Virus record (IMG/VR): IMGVR_UViG_3300038317_000237
Coordinates: 1-35,308 of that record
Length of the DNA stretch: 35,308 nucleotides
Source: a virus
Taxonomy: Duplodnaviria > Caudoviricetes
Strand: one strand, 5' to 3'
Below are positions 27,192-35,308 of this stretch, in pieces (position 1 is the first letter of the stretch; every line of letters begins with the position of its first letter). The translations under genes and the position numbers were made by a program. A model generated the notes under the pieces. It did no database searches. It saw nothing but the letters and a program-made list of their open reading frames with translations, and was not told where the DNA came from.

Positions 27192-28753
27192 GTACGTCAA
27201 AAAAAAATATTGAGAATGCGTTGATGCGTTGCGCAGATTCGCTACGGGATACCATTGATGCAGCAAACTATAAGGACTATGTTCTTCCGCTGATGTTTGT
27301 AAAATACCTTAGCGACACATATACGGAAAAAGTGCAGGAACTGGAAAAAGAATATGAGGGCATACGCTTGGAGAGGCAAAAGCGGTATCTTCCGTTTACT
27401 GTTGCGCAGGATTGCTCTTTTTCTACCCTTTATGAACAAAGATATTCGGATAAAATCGGCGAAATTATCAATATGGCGATGCGTCAGATTGAAAATGACA
27501 ATAATCAACAACTTGCCGGTGTTTTAAACACAACCGATTATAACAGTGAAAACGCACTTGGCACTCGTGAACATAAAAACGCAATTCTTAGAGAGTTGCT
27601 TGAAGATCTGTATCCTCTGGATCTGCGTCCGTCACAGATTGAAGTTACGGAAGGACAGGTTCCGGCGGATGTCATTGGTGATGCCTATGAATATATGATC
27701 GGTCAGTTTGCGAGCATGGCAGGCAAAAAGGCGGGCTCTTTCTACACACCAGCTGCGGTGTCGGAATTAATGGCCCGTATTGTTGCTGTCAAACCAGGTG
27801 ACCGGCTGTACGATCCCACATGCGGTTCCGGCTCTCTCTTGATAAAATGCGCAAAACAGGCTCGGTCAAAACAGATTTCTATATATGGTCAAGAGGTTAA
27901 CGGTTCCTCGGTCGCTATGGCAAAGATGAATATGTATATCCATGAGATAAGCGATGCAAAGATTGCTTGGGGTGATACCCTCGCCAACCCTATGTTTAAA
28001 GATGACGATGGAAATCTTCTTACTTTTGATGCTATCGTTGCAAATATGCCTTTCTCCAAAGATAAATGGGCTGTCGGTTTTAATCCAGGCGGCGAATCCA
28101 GTGGCAAAGGAAAAAAAGAATTCAAGATGGAAGCCACGCTGGATAAGTACCACCGTTTTGATTGGGGTGTGCCTCCGGCAAGTAAGGGTGACTGGGCTTT
28201 CTTGCTTCATATGATTGCCAGTCTTGCTGTTGGCGGAAGAATTGCTGCTGTCGCCCCACATGGTGTCCTGTTCCGTGGTGCCGCAGAAGGCAGAATCCGC
28301 CGGAGAATTGTGGACGAAAACCTATTGGATACAGTTATTGGATTGCCGGAAAATCTGTTTTATGGTACCAGCATCCCCGCCTGTATTCTTGTATTCAAAA
28401 GGGGACGTAAAAACACAGACATCTGCTTTATTGATGCCAGCAAGAAAGATGAGAACGGTAATCTCCGTTATGTAAAAGTATCAAACCAGAATGAACTCAG
28501 TGAGAAGAACATTAATGATATCGTAACGGCTTATAAGAATCGTGTTGATGTAGAAAAGTTCGTTCATGTTGCATCTTTGGAAGAAATCAGACAAAATGAC
28601 TACAATCTGAACATTCCACGCTATGTGGATACCTTCGAAGAGGAAGAACCGATTGATATTGAGTCCGTTCAGCAGAATATTGCACATTTAAAAATTGAAA
28701 TTACTGAAGCAGAAAAGCAAATGGATGCTTATCTAAAGGAGCTTGGTTTATAA
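27188..28753 (+). CDS. hsdM: Type I RM methyltransferase
   Basis: GDAYEY, FYTP, DPTCGSG, GQE, N(M)PF, PHGVLFRG, YNLNIPRY. Confidence 0.95.
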   Translation: MSTSKKNIENALMRCADSLRDTIDAANYKDYVLPLMFVKYLSDTYTEKVQELEKEYEGIRLERQKRYLPFTVAQDCSFSTLYEQRYSDKIGEIINMAMRQIENDNNQQLAGVLNTTDYNSENALGTREHKNAILRELLEDLYPLDLRPSQIEVTEGQVPADVIGDAYEYMIGQFASMAGKKAGSFYTPAAVSELMARIVAVKPGDRLYDPTCGSGSLLIKCAKQARSKQISIYGQEVNGSSVAMAKMNMYIHEISDAKIAWGDTLANPMFKDDDGNLLTFDAIVANMPFSKDKWAVGFNPGGESSGKGKKEFKMEATLDKYHRFDWGVPPASKGDWAFLLHMIASLAVGGRIAAVAPHGVLFRGAAEGRIRRRIVDENLLDTVIGLPENLFYGTSIPACILVFKRGRKNTDICFIDASKKDENGNLRYVKVSNQNELSEKNINDIVTAYKNRVDVEKFVHVASLEEIRQNDYNLNIPRYVDTFEEEEPIDIESVQQNIAHLKIEITEAEKQMDAYLKELGL

Positions 28754-28811
28754 GTGATATCGTAAAATACAGCGATAAGAGTTTGAAGAAACTGAAAGGG
28801 AGGATAAATGA

Positions 28812-29282
28812 ATGTCAAAGCTAAAAGAAGCCGATTTCTATTATGGAGCTGTTTTGTCAAATCTCCTAAACAACCACATTTGTCCAGCTCTAATTGAGGG
28901 CGGAACTGATCGTCAGATTTATGATTTCACAACTGATAATACGGAATTCAGACTTTTTGTAAAATATCGTTCCGAACCTATAAAAACAAAAACAGTAAAT
29001 TACTTAAGCTGGCAGTTCGCTTTTTCAGATTCAGATATTCGGGAACTTTCAGACTATTATAGTCAGAATATGAATGTTTCACTTGGCCTTGTCTGTGGAG
29101 ATGTTCCGATGAGGCAAAGCCAATATGCAGTTTTACATAAAGATGAGTTGAAAGAGCAACTGCTGCAGCCCGGGAAGAAATCCATTACCCTAAGCATAAA
29201 AAAAGGCGAGCGTGCTTTTAGGCTGTCTGTAGGCGGCGGAAGAGAAAAAGCTATCCAAATTCCCTCGAACAGGCTGTACTAA
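28812..29282 (+). CDS. Hypothetical protein inside the hsd operon
   Basis: GGGAGG RBS; 156 aa with alpha/beta pattern, YDF..LFVKYR, WQF.F, LGLVCG. Confidence 0.8.
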   Translation: MSKLKEADFYYGAVLSNLLNNHICPALIEGGTDRQIYDFTTDNTEFRLFVKYRSEPIKTKTVNYLSWQFAFSDSDIRELSDYYSQNMNVSLGLVCGDVPMRQSQYAVLHKDELKEQLLQPGKKSITLSIKKGERAFRLSVGGGREKAIQIPSNRLY

Positions 29283-29308
29283 GGTTGTTAACTTAAGGAG
29301 ATTACTTC

Positions 29309-30559
29309 ATGACCGAAGAGATCAAAGCAAGGATAGAACAGATTAAAGCAGGTAAGGTACCGGAGGGGTACATAAAAACGAAAGCCGGACTTATGCCATC
29401 TGACTGGAATATTAATAAAAAAGCTAAAGAAGTCTTCAGACGACATACGGATAAAAAGCATGATGATTCATTGGAAATATTGGCAGCAACGCAAGAAAAC
29501 GGGATTGTTCCAAGAAGTCAGATTAACATAGATATTAAGTGTTCAGAAGAAGGCATTAATGGGTATAAGAAAGTCGATGCGGGTGACTTTGTAATTAGCC
29601 TGCGTTCTTTTCAAGGTGGAATTGAGTATTCTCCATACGACGGTATAGTAAGTCCGGCATATACAGTCCTGAAACCTGCCATTCCGATATCAAACGAATA
29701 CTACAAAAATTACTTTAAGACAGAAGAATTTATCAGCAGATTGAATAGCACTATTTATGGTATTCGTGATGGAAAACAAATCGGATATGATGATTTTGGG
29801 GATTTAATCATTCATAACCCTCCATTGTCGGAGCAGCAGAATATCGCTGATATTCTGCTGCAATGCGACAAAGTAATTGCTTTAAAAAAAGAGCGTATCA
29901 AGGAAGAAAAGAGGCTGAAAAAGTGGCTGATGCAAAAGTTGCTTAATCCGAACAGCGGAGTAAGGTTGCCAGGATATGAGAAAAGTGAATGGGAAAAAAC
30001 TAATATTGGTTGTGTTACGATTTCATTTTCTGGTGGAACTCCGGAATCCTCAAAAAAGGAATATTATTGCGAGAATGGAATTCCGTTTATAAGGTCTGGT
30101 GAAATTAGCTCCACAAAAACAGAATTATTTCTTACACAGAAAGGGTATCAAAACTCCTCTGCGAAAATGGTTAACAAAGGAGATTTACTGTATGCGTTAT
30201 ATGGAGCCAATAGTGGTGATTGTTTCATCTCACAAATTCATGGAGCAATCAATCAAGCCATTCTATGTATAAGAAGTACAAAAGTCAATATTGTTTTTCT
30301 CTATTATGTTCTAAAAAATGCCCAAAATCACATTGTCTCCACTTATTTACAAGGCGGTCAGGGAAATTTATCGGCGGCCATAATTAAAAAAATAAGTGCA
30401 TTTATTCCAATACAAAATGAGCAAATTGCTATTTGCAAAGTCCTTTCTACACAAGACGAAAAAATTCATAGATTAGAACAAGAACTTGCCCAATGGCAGC
30501 AAAAGAAAAAAGCCCTGATGCAGCTTCTACTGACTGGGATTGCGAGGGTTCCAATATGA
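29309..30559 (+). CDS. hsdS: Type I RM specificity subunit
   Basis: Two TRDs with PPLSEQQ.IA and P..NEQ.AI..KKKALMQ.LLTG conserved regions. Confidence 0.93.
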   Translation: MTEEIKARIEQIKAGKVPEGYIKTKAGLMPSDWNINKKAKEVFRRHTDKKHDDSLEILAATQENGIVPRSQINIDIKCSEEGINGYKKVDAGDFVISLRSFQGGIEYSPYDGIVSPAYTVLKPAIPISNEYYKNYFKTEEFISRLNSTIYGIRDGKQIGYDDFGDLIIHNPPLSEQQNIADILLQCDKVIALKKERIKEEKRLKKWLMQKLLNPNSGVRLPGYEKSEWEKTNIGCVTISFSGGTPESSKKEYYCENGIPFIRSGEISSTKTELFLTQKGYQNSSAKMVNKGDLLYALYGANSGDCFISQIHGAINQAILCIRSTKVNIVFLYYVLKNAQNHIVSTYLQGGQGNLSAAIIKKISAFIPIQNEQIAICKVLSTQDEKIHRLEQELAQWQQKKKALMQLLLTGIARVPI

Positions 30560-31227
30560 CTAAAACTTTTAAAGCAACATGCCCGTATTGTGGCACAAGA
30601 GTATATTTAGAATTATGGGGTGAAGGATACAAGGAACAAAAAGAAACGAAAAGCGGCGGTTATAATGTCGCTGCTGGTTTTTGTCCCAATTGTGATGAAT
30701 TTATAGTAATAGTAGAGCATGGGGAAAAATATGAGGAAACGCAAAGCGATGATGAGGCATACGAAATAGACAGCACAAAAATAGTATTTCCAAAATTTGC
30801 GACTGGCCGTACTCTCGAAGATGGAATCCCAGAAAAATACTCCAAAAATTTTAGAGAAGCAGAACAAGTCCTTGAGATTAGTCCAAAAGCAAGCGCCACG
30901 CTCAGCAGGTATTTGCTTCAACTCATTCTCCATGAAGAATTACATATTAAGAAGAAAAATCTTGAAGAAGAACTTAATGAATTGGCAACTCAAAAAATTG
31001 TATCAGTTAACCTTGCAAAAATGCTTCAAGTTTTTCGGAAAGTTGCAAACTTTGGGGCACACCCAAAGAAAAGCTCAAATAGTAATGAGATCATTGAGGT
31101 TGAGAAGGGTGAAGCAGAAATTATACTTGATCTTTTAGAAGAATTATTTGACTGTATCTTTGTAAAGCCAAAACAGCAAGCTGATTTTCTAGCTGATATA
31201 AAAGATAGGTACGGAATAGAGGTTTAG
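30556..31227 (+). CDS. Zn-ribbon plus DUF4145 (HEPN-like) protein
   Basis: CPYC..CPNC; SPKASATLSR..LQ; RKVANFGAH; ATGA overlap with hsdS. Confidence 0.8.
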   Translation: MTKTFKATCPYCGTRVYLELWGEGYKEQKETKSGGYNVAAGFCPNCDEFIVIVEHGEKYEETQSDDEAYEIDSTKIVFPKFATGRTLEDGIPEKYSKNFREAEQVLEISPKASATLSRYLLQLILHEELHIKKKNLEEELNELATQKIVSVNLAKMLQVFRKVANFGAHPKKSSNSNEIIEVEKGEAEIILDLLEELFDCIFVKPKQQADFLADIKDRYGIEV

Positions 31228-31229
31228 TT

Positions 31230-34200
31230 ATGCCAAACCATACAATATTCAACGAGCGCCCGGAGTCTCAGGACAGAGCGCTGAAAGTCATAGAAAAACT
31301 TGGATATACCATTGTGCCTCGCAGCGATGCGGAGAAAAAGCGCGGTTCTCGCCGAGCGGTACTGTTTGAGGATGAGTTACAGACTTTTCTGAGCAGGCAG
31401 ACATATCCTTACAACAGTGAAAAACGCTATTTTTCCGGCGGCTCTATTGCTGCGGCAATTCGGGCTGTCAGTCTGCAGAACGCTGCTGGTTTATATGCTG
31501 CCAACAAAGAGATCTATGACCTTCTCTGCTCAGGGAAAAGCTTGGAAGAAACGCTTCCCGATGGGACACGACAGTCGTTTGATATCAACTTCATCGATTT
31601 TGAGCACCCGGAAAAGAATATCTTTCAGGTGACAGATGAATTTGAAGTTGAACGCCCAAACGGGAAGTTCGCCCGCCCGGATATTGTTGTTTTTGTGAAC
31701 GGTATTCCTCTCGTAGTAATCGAGTGCAAGAAATCGAGTGTGGACGTCATGGAAGGCGTTACTCAGAATATCAGAAACTGGGGGAACGATTACATCCCCC
31801 AGCTTTTCCAGTATTCTCAGATGGTTATGGCTGTCAACCCGGACAAAGTGTTATACGGTACCTGTGGAACGGAGGCCAAATATTTTGTTTCTTGGCATGA
31901 GGATGATAAGGAATGGCTGGACGCCTGGTGTCGAAAGTGTTCACCAGACGGCAGCGTAAAAGAGCAGGATCGGGCACTAATTTCCCTGCTATATCCTGAG
32001 CGCCTGCTGGATATTATACGTAACTTTATTATTTATGACAATAATGTCAAGAAAATTGCCCGATATAAGCAGTATTTTGCAGTAAAGAAATGCATGAACC
32101 GGATTCTGATGAAAGACGGGAAAAATACCAGAAACGGCGTTGTATGGCACACTCAGGGCAGCGGCAAAACGCTGACCATGATTATGTTGACTAAAATGAT
32201 CTTGCGTGAAAGCATGAATCCTCATAGCTCGATTAAGCATCCGCGCTTTATTATGGTTACTGACCGTGTTAATTTGGATAAACAAATCCGTGATAACTTC
32301 ATCCACACAAAAATGAGCCCTCACCGTGCAAAGACAGGGAAAGGGCTTATCGAATTGCTGCAGGACGAAGGCAATACGGTAATCACTGCGTTGGTCAATA
32401 AATTTGAAGCAGCAGTAAAGCAGGAATACTGCAATGATAGCCCCAATATCTTCTTGTTTATTGATGAAGGCCACAGGACGCAGTATGGGCGTTTGAATAT
32501 CTACATGACAAAGGTTTTGCCAAATGCAGCCAAGATTGCTTTTACAGGCACACCATTGATTCAGAAGCCAAAGAAGAATGACAAACGTGGTATCGAAAGC
32601 GCTAAAAACACGTATCTCAAATTTGGCCCCCTGATTGACAGCTATACTCTTCAGGACGCTATCGACGATAAAGTTACGGTTCCGCTTGTATATGAAGGCC
32701 GTGTCGTTCCGCAAAAAGTTACCAGTCAGCAGATTAACGAGCATCTGAAGCATATTACGGTAGGTCTTACGGATGAAGCTCGAAAAGACCTTGAAAAAAA
32801 ATATAGCCGGTTTGTAGCACTGGCGCAGACAGACCCCAGATTGAACATGATTGCCTTTGACTTGCACGAGCATTTTTTGACTTATGTGAAGCCGAAACAT
32901 TTCAAGGCGATGCTTACATGCTCCTCACGTGCAGCGGCTGTACAAATGTTCTATAAACTGCGGGATCTGGGCGGTATCACACCTGCCGTCGTTATTACAC
33001 CGAACAATGCAAAAGAGGGCAATGATGAGGAAAATACACCTCAAATGAAAAAAATTATAGGTGACTTTTTTAAGAAAGAAATTGACCCGTTATATAAAAA
33101 CAATTACGATGCTTATGAAGATTCAGTAACCGGAGCGTTTGTGGATCCGGAAGGAGACATTGACCTCTTAATAGTGAAAGACAAGTTGTTAACTGGCTTT
33201 GATGCACCGGTAGCTGCAGTTCTGTATGTAGATAAGAAATTGCAAGATCATACCCTTCTACAGGCGATTGCGCGTGTCAATAGGGTATATGAAAACAAAG
33301 ACTTCGGGCTTATCGTAGACTATATTGGAATTTTTAAAAAACTCAACACTGCCCTAGACTTATATGGCGATGAGCAATCCGGGATGGATTCCTTTGATAG
33401 AACCGATATAGAAAATGCGATTTCGTCGGTTTCTGATGAAAAAACAAAACTTGAGGACTCACACAAAGGACTGTGGAAAATATTTGACGGCATTGATCAA
33501 AATGAGACTTCGGCGAATGTGTGGCAGGAAAGGCTGCGAGAATTTGATGTCCGTAAGGATTTTTATGATAAGCTGTCTAGTTTTGCAAAACAAGTTGATT
33601 TCATGTTTTCAAGTTACGAATTATATCAGTCGGTAGGAGAGAAAAAAGCGGAAGAATATCGCCGCGATTATCTGTTTTTCAAGAAGCTCAAGGATAGCGT
33701 TTCATTGCGTTTTAACGACAGTGTAGACTTTTCAAGATATGAAGATGGAATTCGTCAGCTTTTGAACACCTATGTTAACGCTGATGATGTTAAGATGGTG
33801 ATTGAACCTCTTGATATATCCAACAAAGCCAAAATGGAAGAGCAGTTGGCTCGGTTGGGTTCCAATGAGGCAAAGGCGGAAGCTATTCAAACCCGTCAAG
33901 TCGAGGTACTTGAAAGTCATCGATATGATGATCCGATTCAATATATGACCTTTATGGAGCGGATTAATAAAACCATACAAGACTATTTAGCTGAGCGAGA
34001 CAGCGAAAAATATCTTACGTCAATGGAACGAATGGCGGAAGATTATCGGGCAGGCAGAAGTGCGGTCAATTATCCTGAAGTCATTATGGACGATGGTGAT
34101 GCAAAAGCATTCTATGGCGCTGTATGCAGCGGAATTAAAAAGTCCTTGGGGGAAATGAATGGATATGACGAGGAAAGCCTTGGAAATATGGCGCTGAATA

Positions 34201-34388
34201 TAAAAAATATTGTGGCATCTAATGCTAAAAGAGACTGGCGTGATAATGTGATTGTTCATCGGAACATCAAAAAAGAACTGGATGATTTACTTTTCGATTA
34301 TATGGAAGATCATAGTCTTAATTGGTCGCTGGACACAATTGATATTGTTATTGACGAAATTATGATGGTGGCAAAGAAGGTGTTCTGA
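31230..34388 (+). CDS. hsdR: Type I RM restriction subunit
   Basis: RPDIV..NGIPLVVIECK, HTQGSGKT, DEGHR, FTGTP, LLTGFDAP, QAIARVNR. Confidence 0.96.
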   Translation: MPNHTIFNERPESQDRALKVIEKLGYTIVPRSDAEKKRGSRRAVLFEDELQTFLSRQTYPYNSEKRYFSGGSIAAAIRAVSLQNAAGLYAANKEIYDLLCSGKSLEETLPDGTRQSFDINFIDFEHPEKNIFQVTDEFEVERPNGKFARPDIVVFVNGIPLVVIECKKSSVDVMEGVTQNIRNWGNDYIPQLFQYSQMVMAVNPDKVLYGTCGTEAKYFVSWHEDDKEWLDAWCRKCSPDGSVKEQDRALISLLYPERLLDIIRNFIIYDNNVKKIARYKQYFAVKKCMNRILMKDGKNTRNGVVWHTQGSGKTLTMIMLTKMILRESMNPHSSIKHPRFIMVTDRVNLDKQIRDNFIHTKMSPHRAKTGKGLIELLQDEGNTVITALVNKFEAAVKQEYCNDSPNIFLFIDEGHRTQYGRLNIYMTKVLPNAAKIAFTGTPLIQKPKKNDKRGIESAKNTYLKFGPLIDSYTLQDAIDDKVTVPLVYEGRVVPQKVTSQQINEHLKHITVGLTDEARKDLEKKYSRFVALAQTDPRLNMIAFDLHEHFLTYVKPKHFKAMLTCSSRAAAVQMFYKLRDLGGITPAVVITPNNAKEGNDEENTPQMKKIIGDFFKKEIDPLYKNNYDAYEDSVTGAFVDPEGDIDLLIVKDKLLTGFDAPVAAVLYVDKKLQDHTLLQAIARVNRVYENKDFGLIVDYIGIFKKLNTALDLYGDEQSGMDSFDRTDIENAISSVSDEKTKLEDSHKGLWKIFDGIDQNETSANVWQERLREFDVRKDFYDKLSSFAKQVDFMFSSYELYQSVGEKKAEEYRRDYLFFKKLKDSVSLRFNDSVDFSRYEDGIRQLLNTYVNADDVKMVIEPLDISNKAKMEEQLARLGSNEAKAEAIQTRQVEVLESHRYDDPIQYMTFMERINKTIQDYLAERDSEKYLTSMERMAEDYRAGRSAVNYPEVIMDDGDAKAFYGAVCSGIKKSLGEMNGYDEESLGNMALNIKNIVASNAKRDWRDNVIVHRNIKKELDDLLFDYMEDHSLNWSLDTIDIVIDEIMMVAKKVF

Positions 34389-34390
34389 AT

Positions 34391-35116
34391 ATGGAAACTA
34401 TAGATATCACTTTGCCATTGTCATCAAAGGTGGTTAAGGTTGTTGTTGACCGCAAACGGATGAAAACTTGTCGCCTAAAAGTATATCCAGATACATCTGT
34501 CGTCATCGCTGTACCACTGACGATCCCCACAGATTGGATCCAGAATTTTCTTATTCAAAAATCAGGCTGGATTGAAAAAAAGCTTGAAAAGTTCACGAAA
34601 ACAACCGGATATGCGGCAACTACTGAAATTCGCAATGGACAATCCATTAAAATGCTTGGTGAAGATCTGATTTTTTCAGTATCAGCCAGCAACAAATGCA
34701 GTGTTTATAAAGAAGGCAAGGCAATTTGCATATCAAGTTTTGATATAAACCATCAGGAAAAATTGTTACAGCTATTTGAAAAATGGTGGCGTAAAGAGGC
34801 ACTGCGAATTCTGCAAGAAAAAGTTGAAGAACTTTATCCGATAATCGGGAAATATGGCATTGATAAGCCAAGTATCGCTTTAAGAAAAATGAAAACCCTC
34901 TGGGGCAGTTGCAGTGTGAATCGTAAAACAATTACTTTCAATCAGTACCTGATAAAAGCCAAGCCGGCTTGTGTTGAATATGTCGTGTTGCACGAGTTGG
35001 TGCATTTTCTCTACCCAAATCACAGTAAGCAATTCTACGATTTTTTGAGTATTCACATGCCTGACTGGAAAGAACGAAAAAAAATTCTAGACTTGGATGT
35101 AGTTCATGGTTTATAA
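34391..35116 (+). CDS. M48/YgjP (DUF45) zinc metallopeptidase
   Basis: MKTLWGSCS, YVVLHELVH..NHS..F; commonly found after hsdR. Confidence 0.9.
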   Translation: METIDITLPLSSKVVKVVVDRKRMKTCRLKVYPDTSVVIAVPLTIPTDWIQNFLIQKSGWIEKKLEKFTKTTGYAATTEIRNGQSIKMLGEDLIFSVSASNKCSVYKEGKAICISSFDINHQEKLLQLFEKWWRKEALRILQEKVEELYPIIGKYGIDKPSIALRKMKTLWGSCSVNRKTITFNQYLIKAKPACVEYVVLHELVHFLYPNHSKQFYDFLSIHMPDWKERKKILDLDVVHGL

Positions 35117-35162
35117 TATCCTCGTTAAATGGTACTTGTTTGGTTATATAAAGTATTTACTC

Positions 35163-35179
35163 GGCAACATTTTGGCAAC
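35163..35179 (+). repeat. Arm-type-like site (right)
   Basis: GGCAACATTTTGGCAAC. Confidence 0.65.
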
Positions 35180-35279
35180 CTAAGATCAGGAAGCCCTTCC
35201 AATATGAATATCTGATGGAATCAGAATATGAGAAGCCCTATTTATTAAACAAAATTGTTTAAGTTTCACTCAAAGTGAG

Positions 35280-35292
35280 CGAGTGGGAATAA
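35280..35292 (+). repeat. att core resembling the guaA 3' end
   Basis: CGAGTGGGAATAA (EWE*), direct repeat of 20576-20588. Confidence 0.75.
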
Positions 35293-35308
35293 CAAAACGA
35301 AACCCCAA

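Larger units (their letters stand above)
20574..35292. mobile_element. Integrative mobilizable element (~14.7 kb) carrying a type I RM operon
   Basis: Flanking direct repeats, internal GGCAAC arm-like sites, repressor-xis-int-mobC-rep-MobV backbone, no T4SS genes. Confidence 0.85.

Noticed and set aside
31989-32900. 303-aa minus-strand ORF and other antisense ORFs over long genes
   Set aside because: Shadow frames of hsdR and other well-supported genes; no RBS or motifs
20649-35179. GGCAAC 17-mers as the att core or target duplication
   Set aside because: Both lie inside the GAGTGGGAAT repeats and have the tandem-hexamer form of arm sites

Overview
Low-GC Firmicutes (probably Clostridia) window made entirely of mobile DNA, apparently stacked at a guaA (GMP synthase) 3'-end-type att site; IEWE*/EWE*-coding cores lie at 20574-20588 and 35280-35292. 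Four modules run left to right. (1) A PICI/phage-satellite-like arm (1-~5340): repressor/cro switch, xis-like gene, split primase-helicase, iteron ori, small ORFs and truncated terS. (2) A decaying prophage fragment (~5340-~15705), joined on by an apparent deletion: polA, VirE-type primase, ori, VRR-NUC, SNF2, XRE pair, ArpU-like activator, terS and truncated terL. It has five +1 frameshifts, two promoter-bearing morons and a 54-nt CCA-ended tRNA-like structure. (3) A tnpV remnant, fused in frame to terL, followed by an intact C-protein-regulated AlwI-family type IIS RM operon (to ~20570). (4) An intact-looking ~14.7 kb integrative mobilizable element (tyrosine integrase, xis, AAA replication helicase, MobV relaxase). 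It carries a type I RM operon expanded with a half-size HsdS, an unknown 156-aa protein, a Zn-ribbon/DUF4145 HEPN-like protein and an M48 peptidase. The operon is preceded by a small Cys/His protein with a predicted cis-antisense RNA. All calls come from reading motifs by eye; no searches were run.
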